Below are positions 1-7,293 of a stretch of DNA of 35,397 nucleotides, in pieces. The DNA is from a virus (taxonomy: Duplodnaviria > Caudoviricetes), in the IMG/VR virus record IMGVR_UViG_3300022738_000050, positions 1 to 35,397 of that record; one strand, 5' to 3'. Positions within the stretch are counted from its first letter, which is position 1. Every line of letters begins with the position of its first letter. The notes beneath the pieces were generated by a model that was given only the letters and a program-made list of their open reading frames with translations, searched no databases and was not told the DNA's origin. The position numbers were made by a program, and so were the translations under genes.

Positions 1-1209
1 TTAACCCTCTTTAGATTTAGGATCGAATTGATCGAACTTGCTGGCGGTTGCTTTGCTTGCCTTCTTTGTTACGTGTGCGTATAGATCGGCGGTCGTAGAA
101 TATTGGGAGTGGCGAAGACGGGCTTGAATAATCTTCATATCCGTCTCATTCTCCAGCAGCAGTGTCGCCGTCGTATGCCGCAGATCGTGAAGGCGAATAT
201 GTTTCAGCCCATGACGCTCCAGGAACTTTTTCCACCATTGCGACGGATTCGAAAAATACATTGGCTTCCCGTAGCCCGCGTGAAAGACGTAACGACGGTC
301 ATCTGTACATTTCCATTTGTCACGCATCTGCCAATAGTTCCTTTTCCATTGGCGTTCGTATGATTTAAGTTCGTCCATATACCATTCCGGCATATCGACT
401 ATGTCCGCCGAGCCTTCCGTTTTTGGGGCTTCGATGACAGCCTCCCCATTTTCAGTTAGAGGTATGTTTTCGTCGATCCGGATCGTTCCGGCATCAAAGT
501 CCACATCATCCCACGTTAGCGCCACCAGCTCGCCCCGTCTAAATCCTCCGATCATTGCCCCGAGCATATATAGCCGCCACATTACAGGCTCCTTATACAG
601 GGCTGCTATGGCCTCGTGAGCCTCCTCCGTAGTGAAGTACTTCATTTCCTTCTTTTCAACCTTTGGCTTCTTTACCCCGGCCATAGGGTTATTTGTAATA
701 ACCCTCCACTCAACGGCCTGGTTAAAAATACTCTTCAGAACCTTGTAAATATACAAAATAGTACTGTTAGAAAGCGTATCGCCTCGCCCGTCTTTCCTCG
801 CACCGGGCTTACTGAGTTTATCAATAAACGTGACGACATGCATCGTTACAATTTGGTTGATCTGCATGAAACCGAATTCCGGGATGATGTGTTTATTGAT
901 GTGGCCGTTATAATTTTTAAGAGTTTTTTTCGAAAACTCCTTTTTAGCGAATTTCTCTCGCCACTCATCAATAACAAATGTAGAGAACAACATTTTATCG
1001 GGAGCAACATATGAACCAGATTCCACCTCCGTTTTGAATTTATAGAGCTCTCCCTGAAGATACTCCTTCAGTTTCTTTGGCGCACGAAGCAAGGAAGCGT
1101 CTTCGACTTCGATAGATTTCCGCTCCATAATCTTTCTGCCATCTGGATGATAGCCGACAACGAGATTCAGCCTCCAGGTGTTCGCGCTGCGCTTTTCTAC
1201 GTAAGCCAT
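1..1209 (-). CDS. int: Tyrosine recombinase / phage integrase
   Basis: Catalytic motifs GFRRGE, K(TEGS), HDLRHT, LRHS, Y(AH); probable start ATG 1209 (MAYVEKRS) with AGGAG RBS rather than the ORF-track start at 1305. Confidence 0.96.
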   Translation of the reverse strand: MAYVEKRSANTWRLNLVVGYHPDGRKIMERKSIEVEDASLLRAPKKLKEYLQGELYKFKTEVESGSYVAPDKMLFSTFVIDEWREKFAKKEFSKKTLKNYNGHINKHIIPEFGFMQINQIVTMHVVTFIDKLSKPGARKDGRGDTLSNSTILYIYKVLKSIFNQAVEWRVITNNPMAGVKKPKVEKKEMKYFTTEEAHEAIAALYKEPVMWRLYMLGAMIGGFRRGELVALTWDDVDFDAGTIRIDENIPLTENGEAVIEAPKTEGSADIVDMPEWYMDELKSYERQWKRNYWQMRDKWKCTDDRRYVFHAGYGKPMYFSNPSQWWKKFLERHGLKHIRLHDLRHTTATLLLENETDMKIIQARLRHSQYSTTADLYAHVTKKASKATASKFDQFDPKSKEG

Positions 1210-1230
1210 TTCCAATCTCCTTCCACTAAA

Positions 1231-1244
1231 AGAACATGTGTTCT
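1231..1244. promoter_or_regulatory. LexA (SOS/Cheo) box upstream of integrase
   Basis: AGAAC-ATGT-GTTCT matches Bacillota GAAC-N4-GTTC, about 20 bp upstream of the int start. Confidence 0.75.
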
Positions 1245-1314
1245 TATGTGATGTATGATAAACAGCCTTTCGGCTGGAAAGCGCGAAGGTTGATAGTTTT
1301 GTCACTGTAAGAGA

Positions 1315-1779
1315 CTATTCGATAAATCGTTCGATAACGGCCAAGGGTTCCAAGATGACAGTATACCGATCGTCGACGACGACAAACAAACCATGCTTGT
1401 CTATGTAGCGATCAATGGTCGCCTGCAAAAACTCTTCTGTTACGCCCAGGTACTCAGCAATTTCGTGGCGGCCCTTAACGCGCGCATGATGGGCTTCAAC
1501 GATCCGCTCCAACGGAATTAGGTAATTATAAGACCACTCCCGAGCGCGGCGTTCTTGCTTGCGATTGCCCAGCTTTGATTGATCGGTTATGTCGCCGACC
1601 GTCACTTGATAGTGGCCGAATTCTTCGGCGAGAGCGCAGACTTTTTCAGCGGTAGTCAAATTCCTGTCGATACCGACGATGCTACCTCTGATCACGCCTT
1701 TGGAGCGGGACTTTAGATTAACTTCGTAAACATACAAACCGTGCCGGGCGGCTGCTGTCTGTAATCGGTCGTATACCAT
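1315..1779 (-). CDS. ImmA/IrrE-family metallopeptidase (anti-repressor)
   Basis: LAEEFGHY zinc-motif variant, KQERRAR segment, C-terminal EIAEYLGVTEEF; lies between int and repressor; ATG 1779 with GAGGTG RBS. Confidence 0.9.
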   Translation of the reverse strand: MVYDRLQTAAARHGLYVYEVNLKSRSKGVIRGSIVGIDRNLTTAEKVCALAEEFGHYQVTVGDITDQSKLGNRKQERRAREWSYNYLIPLERIVEAHHARVKGRHEIAEYLGVTEEFLQATIDRYIDKHGLFVVVDDRYTVILEPLAVIERFIE

Positions 1780-1783
1780 AGCA

Positions 1784-2251
1784 TCACCTCGGTTTGTTCC
1801 TTCTGGCGTGGAGCTTCTCAAGATCGTCTAAGTCTTCTTTTATTAGGCGCTGCTGTTCTTCTGAATAGTCTTCGTTATGTGCCGCAACGACTTCGAGGTA
1901 TGGCTTTGTGCAGCGGTCGTATTCGACGTTAAGGACGGCTCTGACGGTGTATTTTCCTTTTTCGTCGAGAGACCTGAACTTATTCAAAAATAGAACATCA
2001 TCGTCAGAAATGAGAGGTTCGTCAGCGGTGAGATCACCGATAGGTTCATCTATACCCATAATGTAAAGGGGGGTAGTTTGTAAGGCCTTGGCAAGAAGGG
2101 CGATCTTATCGCGACGCATGTTTTCTATATCGCCAGTTTCCCACTTCCGGACAGTGCTTTTTCCGACGCCAACCATGTCCCCAACTTGTTCGAGGGTAAG
2201 TTTTAGCTCCTTCCTCCTCTTCTGTAGGTGGTGGCCACTATATTCATTCAC
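1784..2251 (-). CDS. XRE-family HTH immunity repressor (ImmR/CI-like)
   Basis: LTLEQVGDMVGVGKSTVRKWETG HTH; C-terminal VAAHNEDYSEE motif typical of ImmA-paired repressors. Confidence 0.92.
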   Translation of the reverse strand: MNEYSGHHLQKRRKELKLTLEQVGDMVGVGKSTVRKWETGDIENMRRDKIALLAKALQTTPLYIMGIDEPIGDLTADEPLISDDDVLFLNKFRSLDEKGKYTVRAVLNVEYDRCTKPYLEVVAAHNEDYSEEQQRLIKEDLDDLEKLHARRNKPR

Positions 2252-2288
2252 TTGAACTCCTCCAATCTGTTTGTAATTATATACAATT

Positions 2289-2306
2289 AGTGTCTTTTAT
2301 GCAACT
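2289..2306. promoter_or_regulatory. Putative repressor operator (imperfect AGTGTC-N6-GACACT)
   Basis: AGTGTC-TTTTAT-GCAACT; a further half site AGTGTCTTTTA at 2330-2340. Confidence 0.65.
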
Positions 2307-2344
2307 GTAGAATCTGTTCAGTGATAAAAAGTGTCTTTTAAGGG

Positions 2345-2373
2345 TTGACTCAATGAAAATCATGGAATAAAAT
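2345..2373 (+). promoter_or_regulatory. Sigma-A early lytic promoter
   Basis: TTGACT-17 bp-TAAAAT upstream of the cro-like gene, flanked by operators. Confidence 0.8.
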
Positions 2374-2376
2374 AAA

Positions 2377-2394
2377 AGTGTCGTAAAAGACACT
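2377..2394. promoter_or_regulatory. Repressor operator, perfect arms
   Basis: AGTGTC-GTAAAA-GACACT palindrome overlapping the predicted transcription start. Confidence 0.8.
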
Positions 2395-2419
2395 ATAAAA
2401 AGAGAAGGAGGGTGGTGAC

Positions 2420-2650
2420 ATGGACAGCAATGCTTTGAAGGCGGTATTGGTGATGGAAGGATTGCGCGTCGACGATTTCATTAACGGGCTGAAAGAGAAT
2501 CAAGGAATTAACATCAGCAAGAGCGCCTTTTACCGAAAATTAAAAGGGAAATGCGAGTTTGATAGAAAAGAGATACTTGCAATCTCCAAGGAATTGAAGA
2601 TTGGCACGGATAAAATGATGTCAATTTTTTTTAATGAAAAAGTGTCCTAA
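2420..2650 (+). CDS. Cro-like HTH regulator
   Basis: Divergent from repressor; ISKSAFYRKLKGKCEF HTH; strong AGGAGG RBS. Confidence 0.88.
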   Translation: MDSNALKAVLVMEGLRVDDFINGLKENQGINISKSAFYRKLKGKCEFDRKEILAISKELKIGTDKMMSIFFNEKVS

Positions 2651-2658
2651 AAGATACT
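2641..2658. promoter_or_regulatory. Operator copy at the end of the cro-like gene
   Basis: AGTGTC-CTAAAA-GATACT. Confidence 0.7.
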
Positions 2659-2703
2659 TGAAGAAACAAACGACATACCCTAAACAAAAGAGAGGTGAGG
2701 GGA

Positions 2704-2802
2704 GTGGAAAAGCAAGAGGCTAGACAAAGGCAAGCGGAAGTTATGAGAGCATACGAACGGTTATTTGATATTTTTCGGGGATATGCAAAAGCCCGCTCAT
2801 GA
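2704..2802 (+). pseudogene. Truncated 32-aa paralogue of 3271..3537 (MEKQEARQRQAEVMRAYERLFDIFRGYAKARS)
   Basis: 2712-2800 aligns ungapped to 3309-3397 with 7 mismatches in 89 nt; GAGGTG RBS and GTG start. Confidence 0.75.
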
Positions 2803-2804
2803 CA

Positions 2805-2856
2805 CCGCCTGACGAATGCCGGGTTATTCTTTGAAAACTGAATAGAAGGTGAGGTG
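2805..2856 (+). repeat. Leader element copy 1 (CCGCCTGA...TTCTTTGAAAACTGAAT...GAGGTG)
   Basis: Shared with 3220-3263 and 4408-4452; hairpin degenerate in this copy. Confidence 0.75.
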
Positions 2857-2861
2857 AAAGA

Positions 2862-3035
2862 ATGGAAGAGAGGTTGGCAGCTCTGGAAAAGAGAATCGCC
2901 GCCCTTGAGGTGGAAGCTCAAGAGCGGCAACAGGTGGATATGGTTCAAGAAGTCAAAAATGCGCTTATCACTGACCTTACCCTTTCAATTCGTCCTTCTC
3001 ACGAAGTTTACGGTCGTATTCCTGTATCGCGATAG
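2862..3035 (+). CDS. 57-aa coiled-coil hypothetical protein (MEERLAALEKRIAALEVEAQ...)
   Basis: Below ORF-track cutoff; GAGGTG RBS then ATG 2862; heptad pattern; preferred over the 2854..3096 frame. Confidence 0.65.
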   Translation: MEERLAALEKRIAALEVEAQERQQVDMVQEVKNALITDLTLSIRPSHEVYGRIPVSR

Positions 3036-3159
3036 CGGCAACACGCGCAGCTATTTGTACAACTGCATCGGCCAACTTGGGATCAGGGTGATCTAACGAT
3101 TCCATGAATCGTTGAATAGCAGCATTTTCAATCTCTTGAAACTCATCTGGTCCTATCAT
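2977..3159 (-). CDS. 60-aa hypothetical protein (MIGPDEFQEIENAAIQRF...)
   Basis: GGAGGTG RBS 7 nt before ATG; extended -10 TGGTAAAAT at 3186-3194. Confidence 0.75.
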   Translation of the reverse strand: MIGPDEFQEIENAAIQRFMESLDHPDPKLADAVVQIAARVAAIAIQEYDRKLREKDELKG

Positions 3160-3219
3160 AATGTTCCACCTCCCTCCTTTCGACAATTTTACCAGAGCTG
3201 AAGGAGGCAGCAAGCAAAA

Positions 3220-3263
3220 CCGCCTGATCGGCGGCCCCTGAAAACTGAATCGGAAAGGAGGTG
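3220..3263 (+). repeat. Leader element copy 2 (hairpin CCGCC-TGATC-GGCGG + boxA-like + RBS)
   Basis: Direct sequence comparison of the three copies. Confidence 0.8.
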
Positions 3264-3270
3264 AAGGGGT

Positions 3271-3537
3271 GTGGAAGGGGAAGCAGAAGTAACTGATTCG
3301 CCTGAAAGGCAAGAGGCTAGCCAAAGACAATCGGAAATAATGAGAGAATACGAACGGTTATTTGATATTTTCCGGGGATATGCAAAAGCCCGCTCATCGG
3401 GCGAAATGAGCGAGCGGGAGTATAAAGAGAAAGTCTCGCTGATAATTCAACAACAGGAATCTTTGAAGAAGGAATTTTATGGAATACATGAATTCGTTAC
3501 TTACGGTACTCATCCAGAACATCCTCGATCTGTCTAG
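3271..3537 (+). CDS. 88-aa helical hypothetical protein
   Basis: AGGAGGTG RBS, GTG start; truncated paralogue upstream. Confidence 0.75.
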   Translation: MEGEAEVTDSPERQEASQRQSEIMREYERLFDIFRGYAKARSSGEMSEREYKEKVSLIIQQQESLKKEFYGIHEFVTYGTHPEHPRSV

Positions 3538-3841
3538 AGTATTTCTTTGCCTTCATCCATAGCATCTCTCGGGCGGAATCGTCTAAATCCTCATTGGTGT
3601 TGGCAGAATTCGCGTAATAGTTAAATGAATTAAGAAAAAACACCAACTGATCATAACTAAATCCATAAACGCCAGCATTGAATTTTTCTTTGAGGACCAT
3701 AATCTTTTCTCTTTCTTTAACTCTAGTCGAAACGTGGTCATGCAAACGCGGAAGGTCTTCGATGTGTTTATCAAGAGCGGATATAAACAACCCTTTATCG
3801 TAGTCAGTTGCATTTTCAAAAATTTCGAAAGCATTAATCAA
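3497..3841 (-). CDS. 114-aa helical hypothetical protein
   Basis: TTG start after AAGGGGG RBS; extended -10 TGCTAAAAT at 3890-3898. Confidence 0.75.
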   Translation of the reverse strand: MINAFEIFENATDYDKGLFISALDKHIEDLPRLHDHVSTRVKEREKIMVLKEKFNAGVYGFSYDQLVFFLNSFNYYANSANTNEDLDDSAREMLWMKAKKYSRQIEDVLDEYRK

Positions 3842-3886
3842 TTAGTGATATCCCCCTTCTGGGTAATGCGGTCAGTCCGATTAACC

Positions 3887-3920
3887 ACCATTTTAGCAGA
3901 GGGGCAGGAAATATTCGACA
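3887..3920 (-). repeat. 34-bp promoter-like repeat copy A
   Basis: 32/34 identical to 4350-4383; minus strand reads TGTCGAATATTTCCTGC...TGnTAAAATGGT. Confidence 0.85.
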
Positions 3921-3935
3921 GAAAGGAGCCGACCA

Positions 3936-4118
3936 ATGAACGAACGAAACCCCAAAAAGGGGCTTTGCATTTCCGTCAATAGCGAGTTCATGCAGAAGCT
4001 TTTTGCTATTTCAATGGGGATATTTGAGGCTATCGACTGGAATAAAAAGACCCGGATCGTTGTCGAGTACGACCCAGGCACACAAAAAAGTGAAATCCTC
4101 ATCACGCCAGAAGAGTGA
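3936..4118 (+). CDS. 60-aa hypothetical protein
   Basis: AAAGGAG RBS, ATG. Confidence 0.7.
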   Translation: MNERNPKKGLCISVNSEFMQKLFAISMGIFEAIDWNKKTRIVVEYDPGTQKSEILITPEE

Positions 4119-4308
4119 CTTCACACGAATCGGGGATTTCAAGCACTTCGCGTAAATCGTGAGTGCCATCCCAGTAAACGTCGTAGCATCCAACACGACC
4201 AAGATGTACTGCAAAGGTAAAAGCTCGTTGCTCGATTCTCTTGGATAGAGCCACTCGATCTTCAACAGATAAGCAACTTGCATCAACATAGTAACGATTT
4301 AGTGACAT
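4102..4308 (-). CDS. 68-aa hypothetical protein (MSLNRYYVDAS...)
   Basis: AAGGAG RBS before ATG 4308; promoter repeat upstream. Confidence 0.7.
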   Translation of the reverse strand: MSLNRYYVDASCLSVEDRVALSKRIEQRAFTFAVHLGRVGCYDVYWDGTHDLREVLEIPDSCEVTLLA

Positions 4309-4349
4309 GGCAACGTCTCCTTCCTCGAAATTTGGCAGTCTGGACAACT

Positions 4350-4383
4350 ACCATTTTACCAGAGGAGCAGGAAATATTCGACA
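4350..4383 (-). repeat. 34-bp promoter-like repeat copy B
   Basis: 32/34 identical to 3887-3920; contains extended -10 TGGTAAAAT. Confidence 0.85.
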
Positions 4384-4407
4384 AATGAAATCTTGCAACA
4401 AACAGCA

Positions 4408-4452
4408 CCGCCTGATTGGCGGCCTTTGAAAACTGAATCGGAAAGTGAGGTG
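4408..4452 (+). repeat. Leader element copy 3 (hairpin CCGCC-TGATT-GGCGG + CTTTGAAAACTGAAT + RBS)
   Basis: Direct sequence comparison of the three copies. Confidence 0.8.
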
Positions 4453-4459
4453 GAAAGGA

Positions 4460-4735
4460 ATGGGTAAGTGGATGCGACGACTCTATACAACAGCAACGAT
4501 CCTACTAACTGTCTTCACCTTGTGGGGGATATGAAACAACTTCGAAAGAACAAAGCTAAACCAGCAATACGGTCAACTTTTAAAACAGAAAGAAGCGATC
4601 AACGATGAGTATAAACGTGCTGTTGATCGCATTAAGGAGAATGTAGAGAAATCGAAAAAATCTACTCAAGAGGTTCAGGAACTACAGGATCGATTTCGGG
4701 AATGGCTTGATCGGGTGGAAGTCGACTCTCAATGA
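4460..4735 (+). pseudogene. Membrane-anchored coiled-coil protein with in-frame TGA at 4532-4534
   Basis: MGKWMRRLYTTATILLTVFTLWGI*NNFERTKLNQQYGQLLKQKEAIN...VDSQ in one frame; strong RBS. Confidence 0.65.
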
Positions 4736-5405
4736 ACTCCATAAAGTTATGAAGAACCCCGGCTTCTTCTTTTTGTATTGTGATGGATTCTTTGTGATGT
4801 CGTTCGGTTTGATCCATCTGTTCCCTGTGATGTCGTTCGAGCTGATCCGTCCGTTCGTGGTGGTGGCGCTCAAGTTGTTCAGCACCTTGTTGAGCAATAT
4901 AGAAGGCGGAGATTAAAGAGGCGACGAGCGCTAGAAACCATCGCAAGGATTCCCAGGTCCATAACTGTTCATTAGACGAATCTTCTCGGTTGCGAACCGT
5001 AATTGATTCGACTAAATCGGCGGATGTTTGCTGCGGGAATACAGGTTCAACAATCGAAACAACCTTTTCTATTTCAGGATAGAATTCGGCAGGAATAAGC
5101 TCATTAAGAAATTTGTCTTTTATCGAAACTTCATGGGACAAAAATTGAATTCTCTCATGAATTTCGGCCAATTGGGTGCCGATCGTTCTGGCCATCAGAT
5201 AATTATTTCTTTCTACGATTTTTATTATTTGTGGCGGCAATCCCTGAACTCCTAAATTTACTCGATCTATAGCTCGGTAAAGAGTTTTTAGATCAGCGGT
5301 GATGCCAGCGTTGGAAGATTGTTGCATAATTGCGATTTGTCGGTTAACAATTCGCAAGCTATTTTGAAAGTTTTTGAAATGACCACCAATCGTGTTTTGT
5401 TCCAT
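4662..5405 (-). CDS. 247-aa single-pass membrane protein with His-rich 11-aa repeats
   Basis: GAGAGGT RBS before ATG 5405; hydrophobic WFLALVASLISAFYIA; three [L/T]ERHH repeats. Confidence 0.78.
   Translation of the reverse strand: MEQNTIGGHFKNFQNSLRIVNRQIAIMQQSSNAGITADLKTLYRAIDRVNLGVQGLPPQIIKIVERNNYLMARTIGTQLAEIHERIQFLSHEVSIKDKFLNELIPAEFYPEIEKVVSIVEPVFPQQTSADLVESITVRNREDSSNEQLWTWESLRWFLALVASLISAFYIAQQGAEQLERHHHERTDQLERHHREQMDQTERHHKESITIQKEEAGVLHNFMEFIESRLPPDQAIPEIDPVVPEPLE
4790..4880 (-). repeat. 33-bp intragenic tandem repeat, three copies
   Basis: TGTGATGTCGTTCG recurs at 4793 and 4826, with a degenerate third copy near 4859. Confidence 0.75.
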
Positions 5406-5560
5406 TTTTATACCTCTCTCAAATATGGTTATTTCCATTATTCGACGGGAGACGAGCAAACACCTTGTTAAATTCAGTGATGCTATCAATGTGACCGTTC
5501 AAATCCAGGTTCAATTTGAAAAAGGATAGAAATTTTCGACAGAAAGCGAGGGTTTCAACC

Positions 5561-5860
5561 ATGAATGCCGCAAACGCATTCGCCACAATGTATGAGTAGA
5601 TCGTAGCCGAAGCCGCCGAACGCGTTCGTAAGGAATTGGAGGACACGTTCGTACGCTCCTATCAGGATCGGACTCTGAACAGCAGAGAAGCCGCCGAACA
5701 TCTTGGGATATCCACGCAGACTTTGTACAAGCTCTGTGCGGAAAAGAGAATCAAGCATATTCCAGTTGGCTCAATGCGATCGACAAAGCCGGAATTCCGC
5801 TTCCGCCAATCTGTACTTGACGCTTGGATGAGGGATCAGGAGGAGCGGAGCATTCAATGA
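5561..5860 (+). pseudogene. Excisionase-like HTH (HTH_17 type) with in-frame TAG at 5597-5599
   Basis: MNAANAFATMYE*IVAEAAERVRKELEDTF...LNSREAAEHLGISTQTLYKL...FRFRQSVLDAWM; RBS precedes ATG 5561; the TTG at 5636 has AGGA only 1 nt upstream. Confidence 0.7.
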
Positions 5861-6015
5861 GGACATACATCGTACGTTTTCATCATCCGCGGCACGGTTC
5901 CGTGTTCGCGGAAGTCGTCGCCGGAAGCCACTTTGACGCCGAGTCGGATTTCGAAATTCATCATTCCTACCGGATTATCTCGATTCACGAGAAACCTGGT
6001 AGACAGAGGACGTGA
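5857..6015 (+). CDS. 52-aa hypothetical protein
   Basis: ATGA overlap with upstream stop; GGAG RBS. Confidence 0.6.
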   Translation: MRTYIVRFHHPRHGSVFAEVVAGSHFDAESDFEIHHSYRIISIHEKPGRQRT

Positions 6016-6019
6016 GATT

Positions 6020-6121
6020 ATGCGAATTAGCCGAAAAAGCTGGGGCGTGCTGACGCTTTCGGAAAAGCTGGCAATCATCAGCAACGCGATCGCGGTCAAT
6101 CGGAGGCGTTGGTCGCGCTGA
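6020..6121 (+). CDS. 33-aa basic peptide (MRISRKSWGVLTLSEKLAIISNAIAVNRRRWSR)
   Basis: GAGGA RBS, ATG 6020; operon position. Confidence 0.5.
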   Translation: MRISRKSWGVLTLSEKLAIISNAIAVNRRRWSR

Positions 6122-6130
6122 ATTGGAAAG

Positions 6131-6181
6131 AAAAAAGAAATCGCCCCGTGAGCTGCATTGAGGGATGCGGCCCCGGGGCGA
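6131..6181 (-). terminator. Minus-strand intrinsic terminator-like hairpin
   Basis: TCGCCCCG/CGGGGCGA outer stem, GCTGCAT/ATGCGGC inner stem, A-run on the left. Confidence 0.6.
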
Positions 6182-6416
6182 AATCGTCGCGATATGATAC
6201 ATGTCAACTACTTCCATTGTATCAGATTTCGCGGCGACGGACAACGCTTTTGCCGAGCGTTATCGGGCTCGTAATGGGTATTATCTTTCCTGCGATGCAG
6301 CCGTGAAAGGAGATGGAAGGTTAATAGAAAGGCTGGTGGGAGGCGGCAACCCCCTCCAGCGTATGCAGCAGGATTGGAATACCCCTTACGGCAATATGGA
6401 GCCGGGGGAGTGCCGC

Positions 6417-7271
6417 GTGAGAAGTTTTGTACGAGAGAAGAAGATTTACTGCGGGAAGCAGTTTATGGAAGTGGACATATACCCGTTGACCCAGGCGGGG
6501 CCGGTTCCGCGGAAGCGGAGCAAGAAGGAGAAAGTCTCCGCCCCCAAGCAACGGAACCTGAACGACAAAAACGCCAAGCGTTATTTTACCCAATTGATCA
6601 ACACGAACTTTGGTGCGAACGATCTGCATGTAACCGTCACCTATGCCGTAGTGCCGGAGACGGTGGAAGAGGCGGAAAAGGAAGCGGCCAATTATATTCG
6701 GCGGATAATCCATAGGCGGAAGCGGGAGGGGCTGCCCCCTCTCAAGTACGTGCTCGTGACTGAATACAGCGGAAAAGCGGACGAGCCGGTTCGAATCCAT
6801 CATCACATCATTATGGCGGGCGGACTGGAGCGGGATACGGTCGAGGATTTGTGGCGACGACCGCGGAAGCGGGGGCAGAAGCAAGGCGACCTGATTGGAT
6901 ACGTAAACGCTGACCGGTTGAAACCGAACGATTACGGACTTGAGGCTCTTGCGAGATATCTGTCCAAGGAGCCAGCAGGGAAAAAGCGTTGGAGCAGCTC
7001 ACAGAACCTTCAACGGCCGGAGTATCGAACCAACGACAGTAAATACACCCGCAGGCAGCTCGAAATGATTGTCAAAGACGAAATCGACAATCAAACGTTT
7101 TGGCGGAAGCTGTATCCCGAATGGGACCTGACGGAATGTAAGTCTGTGTACAACGAGTTAACCGGATGGGCCGTCTACCTGAAACTTCGCCGGTCGCAAC
7201 CGGAGGCAAAGGAGTTTCGCGGGACGCTCGAATCCAAGGGCGCCAAGAGCTCGGGACGGAAGCGGGCCTAA
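6417..7271 (+). CDS. HUH-endonuclease rolling-circle-type replication initiator
   Basis: Motif I HVTVTY, motif II IHHHIIM (HUH), motif III LARYLSKE, then RWSSSQNL; probable GTG start 6417 after GGGGAG (frame is open from 6201). Confidence 0.82.
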   Translation: MRSFVREKKIYCGKQFMEVDIYPLTQAGPVPRKRSKKEKVSAPKQRNLNDKNAKRYFTQLINTNFGANDLHVTVTYAVVPETVEEAEKEAANYIRRIIHRRKREGLPPLKYVLVTEYSGKADEPVRIHHHIIMAGGLERDTVEDLWRRPRKRGQKQGDLIGYVNADRLKPNDYGLEALARYLSKEPAGKKRWSSSQNLQRPEYRTNDSKYTRRQLEMIVKDEIDNQTFWRKLYPEWDLTECKSVYNELTGWAVYLKLRRSQPEAKEFRGTLESKGAKSSGRKRA

Positions 7272-7293
7272 TCCAATATTACGAGGTGCAGAG

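Noticed and set aside
1315-1779. EEFGH instead of HExxH as an inactivated protease
   Set aside because: The EExGH variant is common among Bacillota phage ImmA/IrrE proteins
2809-2838. CTGACGA...GAAA resembling a hammerhead ribozyme core
   Set aside because: The intervening sequence cannot form stem II, and the other two leader copies lack CTGANGA
2805-4452. Repeats with unique intervening DNA as a CRISPR array or integron attC array
   Set aside because: Spacing is hundreds of bp and irregular; no cas genes, no integron integrase, no attC-like palindromes
4532-5599. In-frame stops as evidence of an alternative genetic code
   Set aside because: Both TGA and TAG are involved, and both terminate many intact genes normally; no suppressor tRNA seen
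6201-6416. N-terminal extension of the Rep ORF as coding
   Set aside because: No RBS at 6201 and a better RBS/GTG at 6417; may hold the origin, but no nick motif could be supported
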